DNA of 46,454 nt. Origin: a virus (Duplodnaviria > Heunggongvirae > Uroviricota > Caudoviricetes). The DNA lies in IMG/VR virus record IMGVR_UViG_3300043024_000042, one strand, 5' to 3'. Shown here piece after piece: positions 44,786 to 46,454 of the stretch (position 1 is the stretch's first letter; each line of letters starts with the position of its first letter). A program made the position numbers and the translations under genes. The notes under the pieces are model-generated. The model had not been told where the DNA came from and searched no databases. It saw nothing but the letters and a program-made list of their open reading frames with translations.

Positions 44786-45244
44786 ATGAAAAATGAATAT
44801 TTTATGATACAGACTCCGACGTTCGGATTCGACCGTCCGCACATCGTCGATGATGAAGAGTTCTTTAGGAAATGTTGCAGGCGCATTGGAATCGTCGGTT
44901 TTTTTACAGATGACCGAATGATATTTCCGTCATGTCAGTGGCTGTACATTCCTAAAGGAGAAAAGCTTTTAAATTACGCGCATCGGGATGAGGTATTCCT
45001 GATGTTCGAGAACCACAGGACGCCCATTGACGGCAAACTGGTGTACGAATACGTTCAGAATTACATCATTGATACGCTGATTAAGCCGGCGGTCAAAAAT
45101 CGTTTAAGATGGAAACTCGATTTGGGCGGCGTTAAGTTTTTCGAGCGTCAGATAAGGTATGTGGTGCGCGACGCTTTTCACAGCGCAATGAGAGACCATA
45201 TTTTCTACGACCACGATAAATGGAGGGCGCAACATGGAAAATAA
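44786..45244 (+). CDS. Hypothetical protein
   Basis: Packed ORF. Confidence 0.6.
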   Translation: MKNEYFMIQTPTFGFDRPHIVDDEEFFRKCCRRIGIVGFFTDDRMIFPSCQWLYIPKGEKLLNYAHRDEVFLMFENHRTPIDGKLVYEYVQNYIIDTLIKPAVKNRLRWKLDLGGVKFFERQIRYVVRDAFHSAMRDHIFYDHDKWRAQHGK

Positions 45245-45536
45245 TGCCGTTATGTATTTATTGTCTGTCGCACTGACAATATTCAATCTAATATATATGA
45301 GGTTCCATTATTACCGCAGCATCCACTATAATGCTTGGAGAAGGGTTCGTTATCCGTTGTGGCAATGGTTTCTTATCGCTGTTATAGGGTTTATCCCGTT
45401 CTTTGGCATTGTTGTAGAAACAATGTTCTTTTTCTCCCTTGTCATCAATATGGGACTCGATAGCAGTTATAGCTGGGACCCGTATCATAAGACGCTTCTC
45501 GGGAAAGTAATAAAGGCTTTAAAGAAGGAATACTGA
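45234..45536 (+). CDS. Membrane protein
   Basis: Two to three hydrophobic segments. Confidence 0.6.
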   Translation: MENNAVMYLLSVALTIFNLIYMRFHYYRSIHYNAWRRVRYPLWQWFLIAVIGFIPFFGIVVETMFFFSLVINMGLDSSYSWDPYHKTLLGKVIKALKKEY

Positions 45537-45537
45537 T

Positions 45538-46454
45538 ATGAATATCCGAGTGTTTGAAGCTTTCGCCGGCTACGGTAGTACGGCCATAGCGTTGAAAAAG
45601 TTATCCAAGGATTACCCCCCCCCCTAAATCTTACATTTATAGGGATTTCCGAGATAGACAAGAACGCCGCCAAAGCCTACAAGGCATTGCATGGTGACGT
45701 TCGGAACTACGGCGATATATGTAAGATTAAGTGGAGCAAGGTTCCTGACTTCGACCTGTTCACCTATTCATTCCCATGTACCTCTATATCCAGCATCGGA
45801 CTTCGTGAGGGCATGACAGAGGGTAGTGGAACGCCGAGTTCGCTTATGTGGGAATGTGAACGGGCTATCGAGCTGAAATGGCCGAGATACCTCCTTATGG
45901 AGAACGTCAGGGCATTGGTGAACAAGAAGAATATGCCGCAATTCAAGCGATGGATGGGCAGGCTGGCTTCACTCGGTTATAGGAGCGAGTGGAAACTGGT
46001 CAATTCCTCCGACTACGGAGTGCCACAGAACAGACCGAGAGTGATTATGGTGAGTATCCTTCAGAATGGCAAGCGGGAATCATTCTCCTTTCCCGAAGGA
46101 TTCAAGCTGACGAGAACAATTAACGACATCATCGAACGCGGTGTGGATGCCAAGTACTATCTAAAACAGGTTAAAGTCGATGGCGGAGTCAAGTTCCCGT
46201 TAAGCCGTAGGCTGACCGAGATGTGTGAGTGCGGTAAGGTGGATACCGGAAAGAATCTTTGGATTGACGCCTACAACCGCACGACGAACGATAAGGTATC
46301 CGGTACGGTGCTTACGAGAGTGTCGGCCAGCAATCATTACTTCATCAGTGAGAAAACGGATAGGAATGGTGGATATCGTATCCGTAAGCTGACTCCGTTT
46401 GAGACAGGCCGTCTGATGGGCCTTACCGATGACGAGGTTCAAAGGATGAAGGAT
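45538..46454 (+). pseudogene. C5 cytosine DNA methyltransferase, frameshifted at a C10 tract (45615-45624); runs off the window end
   Basis: Frame 1 has motif I FEAFAGYGS, then YPPP-TAA (45625). The -1 frame carries SEID, YGDI, SFPC (IV), MENV (VI), QNRPRV (VIII) and RKLTPFETGRLMG (IX) and is open to 46454. Confidence 0.88.

Overview
The whole window is one temperate phage genome segment with a probable Bacteroidales host. This is supported by repeated TTTG-N19-20-TAnnTTTG promoters and by DUF3127/DUF4494-type genes. Left to right it holds: a giant tail protein (5' end cut off by the window); three tail-fibre genes; a diversity-generating retroelement (DGR); a probable small RNA; a holin/lysozyme/spanin lysis cassette; a tyrosine integrase next to an apparently intact attP; a CI-like repressor; about 1 kb of repeat-rich non-coding DNA; and a long rightward replication/recombination/accessory region. 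The DGR has VR 11223-11339, TR 11734-11850 and RT 12000-13373, with 17 VR/TR mismatches, all at TR adenines. Three things stand out. (1) Two DNA-modification-type genes 1.7 kb apart, a PAPS-reductase-like gene and a C5 cytosine methyltransferase, are each broken near the 5' end by a G/C homopolymer (G8, C10) followed directly by TAAAT. One extra base repairs each. This is a candidate phase-variable modification switch, but a sequencing under-call must be excluded. (2) The DGR is atypical: the RT has YADN and GTPLSP motifs and an in-frame ~140-aa C-terminal extension, I see no avd-sized gene, and eight c(GCA)g triloop hairpins follow VR. (3) There are several structured non-coding regions. All family assignments come from motif recognition by eye; no database searches were run.
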